Assembly (NCBI GenBank): GCA_973895155.1
Contig: OZ316893.1
Span: 7,154,963-7,218,962 of the forward strand
Reading direction: 5' to 3'
DNA length: 64,000 nt
Source: Marsupella aquatica
Taxonomy: Eukaryota; Plantae; Marchantiophyta
Position numbers and translations under genes: made by a program. The notes beneath the pieces are model-generated. The model searched no databases, was not told the DNA's origin, and was given only the letters and a program-made list of their open reading frames with translations. Of this stretch, positions 39,105 through 50,512 are shown one piece after another (position 1 is the first letter of the stretch; every line of letters begins with the position of its first letter).

Positions 39105-40271
39105 GATCGATACAGTGGAGCTACCCGGCTGGAGATTTAAACTGGTCGTTGAGAAATTCTGCTGCCCAGCTTGGGAGAGGGCTTAGAAAACCACCATTCC
39201 AATGAAATAGGACTCTTTCATACTAGTAATAAATACAAAATCAGCTATGAAACGTCATCGATCATACCGAACCTACCGAAGGTAGCTTCTCATTGCCCAA
39301 CTGATAATCCTTGGCCTCCAAAATAAGAGCCCCGGAAGTGAATTGGAATTGGATGGGCACCGTGGAGAACGTGAAAGATGTAAGTTGCGCTCTATACTGC
39401 CAGACAAGACAGGAGTCTAGTCTCGGAACCTCTCAAACTACCCAGGCCATTCAGTTTTTGCATCGATGAAAGAGTCAGGCACATCGTGCAGAGTTCAAGG
39501 AGCAGCTGCTTCAATTGTAAAGATCAGTTGTCACACAAAATAGAGCAGAGATGCATGTAGACTTGTGTCTGCTCAGAGAAATTGCTTGACTCTCTAGCTC
39601 GTCTAGATCTGAACAGCGAAAGAAGAGACTCTCTGACGTGAGGAACCTAGGGAAGAAGACAACGTGTGGAGTCTTGCCAGTAAACTCTTGAGCATTACAT
39701 CGATCAACAAAACCTCGCGAAGTCAAAAGCTGCAGTTCTTCGTTGAAAGCAGACCACACGACTAGTCGTGTCAATCCTTGGCCATTCCTCTACAGGAATG
39801 AGCGAGAACAAAAGCCGGAATGAACAATTGTCAACAACTTCACCTGGATTTTCGCTGTTATGTACCGCGCGATACTGTTCTCAGGAGATGCTAATCGTTG
39901 CCAGTGGAGTGGAGTCCTCCATTTACGTTAAAGGGGTATATGCTCAAGTTCGTCTTAACCTCATAATTCGATGTTTGTCTGAGTTTCAGTTGCATTGAGG
40001 CCTCCTAAGCTCGTACGTACGGAAGTGCCTCTAAATCACACGTCAGTTTTCAAGGGATGTCATGCAAAGATAACAGAACGCTGTTTGACTTATTAAATCT
40101 TATTAGTAATACTAGGCCAAGACTCCAAGAGTCTTGCCCCCTAGAGTACATTCCTGTCCCATTTGTTTATTTAGTTAGTACATTTGGATGTGTACCATTA
40201 TCTCTTAACTGGCACTAGTGTCGTGTCAGGCACTTCAACCTCTCTTCTTCCATTTTTATTTGTTGGTGTTT

Positions 40272-40407
40272 GTCCCCTTGTGTCTACCCTACATAGAATT
40301 GCATGCTCTCGACAGGCTATCCTACATAGAATTGCATGCTCCAGATGAGACTTCTATCCTGGGTTGGATGGGCTGGGCCTCCTTTCGGTTTTCAAGGCAC
40401 CAAAAAC
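40272..40407 (+). mobile_element. 5'-truncated copy of the same SINE family
   Basis: CCCCTTGTGTCTACCCT..GCATGCTCC..ATCCT..TTGGATGGG..TTTCAAGGCA.CAAAAA matches the 3' part of 59420-59900. It has an internal ~33-bp duplication (CCTACATAGAATTGCATGCTC x2). Confidence 0.65.
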
Positions 40408-41636
40408 ACCCAGTTACCCGCAGGTATGGGTGGGTAGAAGTCATACAGAAGGGAGTGCAATCTTTTGTATGCAATTTCATTTTGTAAATAGAGTGCTTGC
40501 ATCCATGTCATGTATCATCACCATCACCCGTTTGGAACTCATTGACAATGTTTGGTAGCCCAAAATCTATGCTCTGGTTAAAGATTATGGGCAGTTCTAG
40601 TGTTTGTAGGTAAGTCTATAAACTCCCAAATGAACTCAAGAGATTTGGCAAACCCCACCTATTACAAGGGGAAAATATAAATCCTCTAGAATGGTTTTCT
40701 TTGTAAGTGAGATTTAAGAACACCAACATAAGTTCCTCGGGCAGTGCCCTTTTGTCCAAAAACAAAAAAAAAACAAAAACAAAAAAACCAACATAAAACT
40801 AGGTGAAACCCCCACATAAGGTAGGATAAATTTTCGATTTCCTACTCAGGGATGTGACAGTTTTACTTTGTGAAAGCATCACCAACGACCACCAATGGGA
40901 ATAAAGTGGGGACAGTAAACGTGTCAGGGAATGGGCGCCTGGACCAAACAGCACACTTCCTAGGCTAAACAAACAAACCAACGAGAGCGAACACAATAAT
41001 TATGGGTATGTGATATGTGTCCCCCAGAAGCAAGGTCGGCCCCACATTGTGGCTGTTGTCTGCAAGTGACAGAAATTTCCCCATAAGCTCAGATGGCATA
41101 ACGGTGAGCCATGGCAAACCACCCTATGCCTTACAGTACATGCAGGCAGCTGAAAGCTTTTCGTAGGAGAGTAGGCATGTCCCACAAAATATGATCGTCG
41201 ATTGAAGTCTGGACCCCAATTATGAAAGTGCAAATGCAATCGGATTGCTACAGTCGAATGAAAACGGCAACGGCGCTCTTGCAAAGTGTCTCTATGTAGT
41301 ACATGCATGACGCTTTGCAATAGTGAGCTTTGACACCTCACTATTGCAAAGCCTTTTTGAGAGACCCACCCTTATAGCTTGACTGACCGTTGTGCATTTT
41401 CTTTGGATTGGTCTGACCCTCCTGCCCCGCTCCACTTTTGTGTAAGGATGGCGCAAGCAATCTCGTATGCCCTAGCGCATCATCCTTCTGCTCAACAGTC
41501 TCTTTCGACGGAAAGCTGCAGCAAACGGCACTTCAAGCCCTAGTAGCTACTGTCGTCGAGGGGTACACGGCACTTTGCTCTCAACGTGTCATCTGCACCA
41601 GAGAAGAAGTTCAAGACGAGAACCGAAGCTTCTACA

Positions 41637-41666
41637 GATAATGGGGGATAATGGGGGATAATGGGG
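41637..41666 (+). repeat. 10-bp tandem repeat x3
   Basis: GATAATGGGG repeated three times. Confidence 0.9.
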
Positions 41667-42909
41667 CTGATGTTTTTAAACCTTTATTAAGTGGCAACAG
41701 CTTTCAACCTGGGCCATTCAAACAGGAGGTGTAACTGTATGATTCGGAAATAATGATATTTGCTTTACGGTTTGACTACACTGGCCTCATGATCGACACT
41801 TCAAAATCACGACTGCAGAGACTCTTGATTCCGGTCTTCACAGACATTTTGAATCAACAGTAGACTGATAAAGTCCGAACAGTGTTTTCTTCTTTAGTGA
41901 CCAGGCCACTCTAATAATAATCGACCACAGATGGTAAGTGATCGAACAATTGATCCATATCTAATGCCAAAACACGACCAAAGTTTTTCGTCAGCCATCT
42001 TCATTCCACGAATTTCAGGAGAGACGTGAACCTGTAATGCACCTAAACGACATTCAATCCCGCATAATTCTCACTGAAATGAACTCTTTTACACGAGAAC
42101 TTGTCACGCCACATTTACAATGAACCATCTTAGTCACACAGCCAACTAGGACGACCTGGTTAGTATCCTGAAAATAATTGTGCACCTTAGGTGGTCAAAT
42201 CAAACATTGTCACGAGGAGGATTTGAGGTCATCAGTCGTTGACATTAGTTTATTTATTGTTGCATTGAAAAAACAGATTGAAAATCATTCAGAAAGCCAG
42301 CATACAGAAGGGGTGGCCCACAAATTAAGGGGGTCGGCATCCAGGTGGACCGAAGGTCGAGAAGCCAAAACAGCCTGCAAGTCCCCCCGGTTCCTCCCCG
42401 TCCCCGTGAACAGAACTCTTGTTTCAGGTGGTGTTGCGTTACTGTAGGGTAGATTCTTATCGCGGACCCGCTGTTCGGTACCACGCTGGTACCCATTCAC
42501 TGGCAGGTCTTGTGGGGTCCTGCCGCTCCTTCTACAGTGGCTAGATTTCTTATTTAGCTCCCTTTCCTGGGACATGCTTCGCTCCTGGTTTGCCCCTCTG
42601 GCCCTCTGGGCTTTTCACACTAGTTTATTTCAATTTTAATTACTGATTGAAAGGGGAGACTAAATTACAAAGTTTCAGAACGTTCATGAACGACTTCAAC
42701 GGCTCAAAGATCCTCTTTCGACAATGCAAAGCACCATAGACATGGTTGCAGTCTGTTACATGAGAACGATAAAAGGCATTTCTATTTTCCCCTTGAAAGA
42801 CCTTCGAATTCCTGGACCATTCAAAACGACAGCAATTGGGAGGATTGGGGCATTTTCTAAGATTACTTTCAGGGCCAATTGTTCATAGAGTGGTCTCCTT
42901 TTTCTGCTT

Positions 42910-43262
42910 TACCAGTGAACCTGCTCCTTTACACAGATAGAGAGAAAGCGAGGAACTGAAAGGTCAGAGGGAACTATTATAAACTAAGTTCACTTGCTCT
43001 GTATAGGGTAATGCAGGTCTGGGCGCAGGGTTACTAGGCTGTAACCTTGGGTCCAAAATATGAAAAGAAACTGACTGGCGGCAGCTGGGAAGCTTCTTTG
43101 AATATTCCAGGAGCAGGTTACAGCCTATAACCCCAGCCCTGCCCTGCATTAGCTTACCTAACTCTTGCCTGAAAAGAGGTTACTGGCTCAACTTTTCAGG
43201 ACACCAAATTATGACTATAGCAAGCCCCTGTAGAAATGGTTATACACCAGTAACCTCTTCTC
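42910..43262. mobile_element. Foldback-like element built from GTAACCT/AGGTTAC inverted motifs
   Basis: TAATGCAGG..GGGTTACTAGGCTGTAACCT (~43008-43047) is inverted by AGGTTACAGCCTATAACCCC..CCTGCATTA (~43115-43151). AAGAGGTTACTGG (~43175) pairs with CCAGTAACCTCTT (~43247), and AACCTGCTCC (~42918) with GGAGCAGGTT (~43109). Confidence 0.55.
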
Positions 43263-43374
43263 CTGATAGGATTTAAGAATGCCAGGTTTTCACTCTCAGA
43301 CAAGTAGACCAATGACAACTTGTCCCCCCAAAAATGGATTATTTGCTCAATATTCACTTATATTCCCCAGCCAG

Positions 43375-43535
43375 GACAAAAACTCCCTACCCATCCCGGG
43401 CCGGTCCCGAACTCTCCCGACCCCTCCCGGCCGAGTCCCAGACTTTCCCGACCCTCCTGGCCCGGTCCCAGACTCCTCCTAACCCTCCGGGCCCCGGTTG
43501 CAAAGTCTCCCTGCCCAGTCCCAAACTCCCCCGGT
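43375..43535 (+). repeat. C-rich minisatellite, ~29-bp unit x4-5
   Basis: Units resembling GTCCC(A/G)(G/A)ACT..CCC(G/T)ACCC.TCC.GGCC. The overlapping Pro-rich ORFs are a by-product. Confidence 0.8.
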
Positions 43536-45644
43536 TAAGAGTGCTGGAGTCTTGCGTAGTTGCGTAGGATAGGGATGATGTAGAAGGTCTGCTCCTGACA
43601 CTATTCTTATCACTTTAGTGGGTGCACCGCTCGATCAAAACACCAATCAATTAAGAAGTGACAGCTGGAGGGAGGTTCATTTTTTACCAATGAACGGTCA
43701 AGTTGGATGATGTCAACCGCGATTGAGGTGTCATTATTGACGCCGCCCCACCAAAAGTCCTTTAGGTGGTTGCTTTCCGGCACTACGTAGATTAAGTGAA
43801 CTTACTATTCAATTCAATAAAAGTATTGTTTCATTTGTTTTTTGCAGAAGTCCCGCAAACTTAGAAGGAAACGATAACATATCATATTCCAGAAAACGCA
43901 AACGAGATACTTCTAACATCAAGGACGGACAGTCAATTTCTTAAGCTGCATCGCATGGGATCTATGGAGCTGTGCTTTATTTTTAACTAGAATGAAATGA
44001 GTATAAAAGAAATTACTTTCAAAACATATGGCATTCACTAGTGTCTTCCCCCAATCATGGGCATTGGGCTATATTAGAATAGCGGCCCATGGGGTATTCA
44101 ATTTGAACAGTGCACCCGGGCATTGTATGCAAGTTTTGATCGACCATCGGTTTTACGTTTTTCCCCTAAGTTAGTTGCTTCATTTTGCTTGAGAATGGAC
44201 GTTGTATTCAAATGTTGTTGCTGTGTTTGAACTAAGGCCTTATGTTAAGGAATGACCAATGAGCACCAGTTGAAATGAATTTAAGCTCTTACCAGGACTT
44301 AGACTCTTAGAGTGATAGGATTGATGTGCTTGGAGAGCAGTGGTTCAGTTCAAGCTTATTCTATTTTCCAACAGTATTTCAAACCTAAAGAGGAATGTGT
44401 GACTCATTCAAATATTCAAATTTGAAATACAAAACACTCCCATACAAACCACAAGTACACTATCATCACTTGGCAATTGTTTGTTGGAACCAAGTACTTC
44501 AGGCTTTAAACACATGTTAATATGAATTATTTTGGGCTTGTGTTTTTTCCGTCTCCTCCTTATTTCTCTAATTGCCTTGCAGGTGCACATAAATTATTCT
44601 AGGACTCATCATCATCAAGTTATGGGCCACCAGAATAATTTGGAGCACTTTGTCCAACATAGTGGTCCATCCTGGCTTCAGTTTCTATTCACTGGTTTAA
44701 GAATCATTTTAATTCCTTAAAGTAATTTATTTTCCATATTCTTTCTCCAAAAAGGGCTTGAAGCTAACTGAATTTATTGGAATTTAAAGCCCTTAGGGAC
44801 CACAAGGTTTGTCTTCACAACCCCCATGGGCCACATTTCCCAAAATTTGAGCTTCATTGTAATAATTTGATATTCATAAATTTAAATATATTTTAAGTTT
44901 TGAGGGTATGCTAGGTAGGCTAGGTAACCTACACTTCCATCAGCTGACAGTGAATTTATGGACAAGTTGGTTAAGATTTAGGGTTTCTTCTCTTCTAGTT
45001 GCCTTGCAGGTACAAAACCAAAAATCAATTTTAGGACTCATAGTCATTAACTGTGGTCTATGGAGCACGTGTACTGACTTCTATATTCACAATCAAAATA
45101 TTTAAAAACAATCTCTCAGTTTTTTGTTGTTGCAATTATTTTTACCTTTTATGCAGGGATTCTGATAGCAGTACAATAAGTCAATAGTCCATACATAAAA
45201 GTACATGGGGTTCACCATTATCTTGCAGGATGGGTGACAGGTACATCAGCCCCACCAACTCTTGCATAATAGGCAGGGGTTTGTGTTTTTATATGGAGTA
45301 AAAAGCTAGATATAGTAAATAATAAAAATTGGGTTTTCCACCTCACTTTCTGAGTTGCATATGAATTTTGGGTTTCTTCTTTTTTCCACTTAAGATTTAA
45401 AAACTTTCCCAAGCCTGCTGAGATTTTTCTTAAAATAATTTTAGAATACTAATACAAATCCTAAAATGCTGGCTAGTTTGGTTATTGAACCCATGTATTA
45501 ACAATCCCATATAATCTGGTTTTCTCTAATTTTTCCACACTTCAAAACAATTTCGATTTTTTCCTAATTTTTTTTTTGGATTCATTGAGTTGAGAGGTAC
45601 TAGAGCTAATTTGGTAGACTAAAATTAAACCTATTATGGTCAAT

Positions 45645-46385
45645 AGCCCAATGCCTGTACATTGCAAAAAAGTTGTCGAGCTGAGAAAAAGTTGTCGAGC
45701 TGAGAAAAAGTTGTCGAGAGGAGAAAAAGATGTCAAGAAGAGAAAAAGATGTCAAGGTGAGCAAAAAATGTGAAGGAGAGTAAAAGATGAAGGAGAGAAA
45801 AGATGTGAATGTGAGCAAAAGATATCGAGGAGATAAAAAGATGTCAAGGAGAGGAAAATGTGTCAAGGAGATCAAAGATGTCCAAGAGAGAAAAGATGTC
45901 AAGGAGCTCAGAAAGGATGCCCGTGTCAAGGAGAGAAAATTTGTCGAGGTGAGAAAATGATATTGAGGTAAGGAGAAACTATTGAGGGGAGAAAAAATAT
46001 CAAGGAGAGAGTTCTAATGAAAGAAAAGATATCATGGTGGGATCCTAATGCCCGTGCGTTGCACATAAGATGTCGAGGTGAGAGACGATGTTGAGGTGAG
46101 AAAAATATATCAATGAGATAAAAGATGTTGAAGACAAAAATAGATGTTGGGATGAGAAAAAAGGTCAAGGTGATAAAAAGCTGTGAAGGTGTTTGAGAAA
46201 AGATATTAAGGTGACAAATAAGTGTAAGTTGATGAGAGCAAAAGATGTAGAGGAGAGATGATGTGCAGGTGAGAAAAGATGTGACCAACATGAGAAAAAG
46301 ATGTGGATGAGAGCAAAAGATGTTGTCATGAGAAGAGAAAAAGAATGATGTCAAGGTGATAAAATATGTCAAAGTGAGAAAAAAC
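45645..46385 (-). mobile_element. Helitron-family remnant: AAAGATGTC minisatellite with repeated Helitron 3'-end motifs
   Basis: ~19-20-nt units (exact GTTGTCGAGCTGAGAAAAA repeats near 45672). ATGCCCGTGCGTTGCACA at 46048 has the same core as 2489-2502; degenerate copies lie at ~45651 and ~45917. Confidence 0.65.
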
Positions 46386-48059
46386 AGAAAGTAAGCGATG
46401 CATGAAGTAAGTCATTGAGAGAAAGTATTGAGAGAAAAACATTGTCTCAGTGAAAATGTTTCAAAATGGATGTGTTGTTGAAAGAAAAGTGTAAGTTGGG
46501 GTACCACATGCGAATCCCAAAAAATACACATAGTGAGCCCCCCGGGTTGTTTGGGCATAGAGTTCTCTCTCAAGCTCCAATTTCTCCCTTTGAGTCCTCA
46601 TATTGCCCCAAATCTTAAAACCCCTTAATCATCTACAATACATCCAACCCACATGACATATCAGCACTTTTATGCACCTGCAATCAAAGCTTGATAGACC
46701 CTAGGTGTATGTCGGTTAGGACACACCTTCACAAAAAACCTGAGACATTTGCAAACATCGATTGTTCATCGAGGATGGCACTTCTTGGAAAGAACAGGAC
46801 TCGATGGGTGTGACTTGCCAAAAACCAGGCACAGAGTCAAGCGCCCATAGAAGGTAAAGATGTCCTGTCCTCACCTAGGTCAGCGAGGTGAGGGTACAAT
46901 GTGTGGTACTCTGTGCAGTTGAAGGGAGTTTGGAGGGCAAGAGAGTGCAAAGCAGCATTTGTTTTAGTGGCAAAATTTTACCAAATCCCACCTCCCCAAT
47001 AAGCATTCACCCCTTTTGGCAAAACCTCACTCATATTTTGTGCCTCATTAGCCAGAATTTAAAGGTCATCCTTGATTTGACAGTCAGGAAATTAATCAGA
47101 TAATGAATATTTTGAACATATATCCTTTCCTTCACACACTAGACATTAGTTGCTCTTGCAAACAAGTAAAAACCTTAAAAAATAAGCTGGTGCAAAAGAA
47201 TGGGACCATTCCGTGGCCATGGGGATGAAAAAATACCAAGGACCCAAAATTGGGTTCGGTGGCCGGGGGTGCTCAATTCTTTTCTTCCAACCCATCACAC
47301 TCAAATAAGTATAGGGTTCTTTTATTGGGTTTAGTGAAAAACTTTAAATTTTTATTGAAGAACATTAGCTCAATCATTAGGGTTATTTTAATCCAGTTTT
47401 GAGAATTATAAGAATATAGAGTTTTTAAAAACCAAATTTGAGAATATTCTAGGAATATTCCATTAAGTTAGAGTAAGAAATTTATTTTAAAAACTTTATT
47501 GATTTAAGTTTTAGGGTACAAATTTATTCCCCAAAGCCTTGCGTGTGATATGAGACACCACTTGGATTGAGGCCCTTGAGTTTGGTGGGCAAGGCAAAAG
47601 TACTTTAGGTACTGTGGGCAAGGTAAACATACTTTGGGTATGGTACCCAAGGGAAATTACTTTTGGGTACATTGGGAGAGGTGAGGGTACACTGCAGGGT
47701 ACAATGTGCATGTGGAGGGAGGTGGAGAGCAAGCAAGTGAGACTATTTTGGCTCATACAAGGGCGATGAAAAAACTTCACTTGTATTCAAGAGTCAGGAT
47801 GTCTTCGGCCTTTTGTCATTTTTGTAAGCAGACTATGCAGGAGTTTAGGCCGGATCACATAGTATTTGATTGCATATAAGGCCGGATTTTAGGGTATATT
47901 GGGAGCATTTGGATTTGTTTGCGTTAATTGTATTTTTAGTTCTCCTCTCTACTTTCTCCAGTTTTGTTTAATCTTACTATATAATCGCAAACAGAAGCTA
48001 CTTTTAAGTGCTATGGTCTAGAGTGAAGCCTCTAGACTGTAACTCAAATAAGGACAAAA

Positions 48060-48262
48060 TGTATAATGACTCTCAATAAGACAAAGGTGCAAAACAAATA
48101 GGTATGCAAAGATGTCAAAAAAGAATATAGATTAAAAAAATTCAGTTCTATTTACGTAATGACTCTGAATAAGACAAATCTAAGATGTGCCCAAAAAAAT
48201 AGGTATGCAAAGATAACGGAAAAGAGTATAGATTTTTTTTCTTATCAATTCTCTTTACGTTC
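48060..48262 (+). repeat. Tandem duplication of ~105 bp
   Basis: Repeated TAATGACTCT.AATAAGACAAA..AAATAGGTATGCAAAGAT..AAAAGA.TATAGATT..TTCT.TTTACGT. Confidence 0.8.
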
Positions 48263-48635
48263 AAGGAAGGGGTAGTCATGCTAGTAGTTGTTGTATATTT
48301 TTATATTGGAGAGAAGAGAGTGTTGTTTACTTTAGTCTTAATGTAGGGTTGGGACTAAATTTTTAATAGTGATGGAGAGGAGAGGGCAGTGTTGATTTTT
48401 AGTTTATCTTTAGTGGTTGGGAGTAGTTCAAGGGGCCAAAGTGAATGTTCCCCAGTCACACCTTGCCTATTTTTTTTGGGGTAAGGTGTGCTTTTGTTTT
48501 TTGGGTTGCGGGTGAGGGCACGGGCAAATTGATATGGTCGGGTGATTGAATCTCTAAGTGCACTTGTTGTTGGCTCCAAGTGCGCTTATATATATACTTA
48601 TCTTAATTTGTCTGCAATTTTAATTTTTTGAATCC

Positions 48636-48912
48636 TTTTCAACTCACCTGTCCCCCAAACCTATCCTTATGTCAACTCATCCTTCAAACTATGTTTATTC
48701 TACCTTGACCCGTTTTTCGTTTTCTGGTGGATAGATTGTACTACAGCATCAATGGATCATGGCCGGGAGGCGGCCACCAATCAGATGGAACCTCAGGTTA
48801 AGTACTGGGGTTAAGTTAACCAGTATACTACAAGGGGGTCAAGGTAGAAATAATAAGAGTTTGGGGTACTGGTTGAGAATAAGGGTCAGGTTGGGGACAG
48901 GTTAGTCAAAAA
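48636..48912. mobile_element. MITE with ~75-bp imperfect TIRs (Mutator-like by TIR length)
   Basis: Left ACCTGTCCCC..AACCT..CCTTAT..CAAC..CAAACT..TTCTACCTTGACCC is inverted at the right as GGGTCAAGGTAGAA..AGTTTG..GTTGA..ATAAGG..AGGTTGGGGACAGGT. TSD not resolved. Confidence 0.75.
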
Positions 48913-49501
48913 CTATTTTTTTGAATTGCCCAACATATCCTGGTGTTTGAGTTCCAATCCATTTTTAGGTTACGGACTCGCCGTTCCTTCACTTCCTCCT
49001 CTTTGGCAATTTCCTCTCCATTCCACAGTCTTAGCAGCTGGAACCGATAACCTTTTGATTTCAGTCCTTCTAGGACTCAGGTAATTGAAATTTAAAAAGA
49101 TGTCACTTCCATTCACGCAAGTACAATTTGCTCCACTTGAACCAAATTTCAGATCTATCCGCTTCGATTGCGGCCCTAGCTGACTGTTTCGTTGCTTTCA
49201 AACTGTGAAATCAATGGGTTCTTTGCATATGAAGCGAAGCATGTATGTAGAAGAGCCGAATTGGCTACTGAACCTTCGACTGGGCAGTTTCTGATGCTTA
49301 TATGTAACTATTCGTGCCTGATTTGGCGGTTGGGCAGGAACACTGAGTGCAAGTGATTTAAATTAACATCTGATTTGTATCGTTGGGCCATTTGTTGCAA
49401 TCCTGTAGTTGATGTTGAGGGAATTGAACTCTGCGTATTTCCGAAGTCGAACCTTTTGATTGCACTACCTTTGTATACTCTTGTTGGAAACTAATTCACG
49501 T

Positions 49502-49748
49502 GTTTCAATGTGGAAACCTACATAATTATGCTGATCACTGACCAGGTCATGCTGTTTTGTTCTTAATAAGCAGTTGGTAAGTTGCATTTTTATGATAGAT
49601 TGAGCTTCGTGTTCGTGAGAGGGAGCTGACATATTGCATTCTGGTTTTGGAAACTAGAGCATGTATTTCAATTTGGAAACCTATATATATGCTGATCACT
49701 GACCTGGTCGTGCTGTTTTTGTTCCTAGTAAGAAGCTGCTAAGTTACA
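49502..49748 (+). repeat. Duplicated ~85-bp block (period ~165) upstream of the Dabb gene
   Basis: Two copies of TTTCAAT.TGGAAACCTA.ATA..TATGCTGATCACTGACC.GGTC.TGCTGTTTT. Confidence 0.85.
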
Positions 49749-49851
49749 AACTGGGTCTGTCTGTCCAGGTCCTTACTTTGCAAAGATCCTCGACAGACGT
49801 GGTTCCCTGAGTGGTTCACTTCAGCTCATCGCACACCACACACTTCGATCA

Positions 49852-50512
49852 ATGGCACCAACGTTTGCAGAGCATGTATCCTTTTCCACGGTCAAGGAAA
49901 GCACACCCGCAGGAATGCTTGAGGACCTTGCCACGGCAGCAAAGAAGTATGAACTGGCAGAAGGGGTACTATCTTTGAATGTTGGGCAAGCAGAACCAGT
50001 TTTTGGCAACAGTTCATTTGTGTTCCACATACGCGGCGAAAACGAGGCAGCGCTGGACTCACTTATAGCTAAGTTTCGCACTGACCCATTTGTTGGCCCA
50101 AACATGGCAGACTACTTGACTCAGAACTGTAGTCGTGCGCTTTGAAGCACAACCAATTGGCTCGTCGGAGCCCAAATTTCCATGCTTGCGAATCGGTCTC
50201 CTGAAGTACAAGGACGGTATGACCGTGGAAGAAATCAACGAAGCGAAGGAAGTCTTTCAAAGCTTACCCTCCAAGTTCCGTCAGATCAAGCAGATCAATA
50301 TTGGGGAGAATCACACTCATCATACTGTTCCCGAGGGTGGACGTTTAGTACCTGACAATATTGGGTACAATTTAGGACTTATCATAGGCTTCACGGGCGT
50401 TAAAGATCTGAAAGACTTGACATCAGAGTCGAACTCGGAATACATGGGAACAATGATGTCCACGCTGCCCAAGTTCGAGCAAGTGAAAGTTTCCAACTTC
50501 ACCCAAGAATGA
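49852..50512 (+). pseudogene. Tandem Dabb (stress-responsive A/B barrel, UP3-like) gene split by a +1 frameshift near 50120-50135; pseudogene or sequence error
   Basis: ORF 49852-50145 (EHVSFSTVKESTP..GVLSLNVG) and ORF 50135-50512 (RIGLLKYKDGMTVEEI..IKQINIGEN..GYNLGLIIGF..DLKDL) are two Dabb domains. Deleting one A in CAGAACTGTA gives an uninterrupted ..YLTQTVVVRFEAQP.. of ~219 aa. Confidence 0.75.

Noticed and set aside
42590-42625. Possible Helitron 3' end (GCCC..GGGC..CTAG-T)
   Set aside because: The stem is only 4 bp and no matching 5' end was found.
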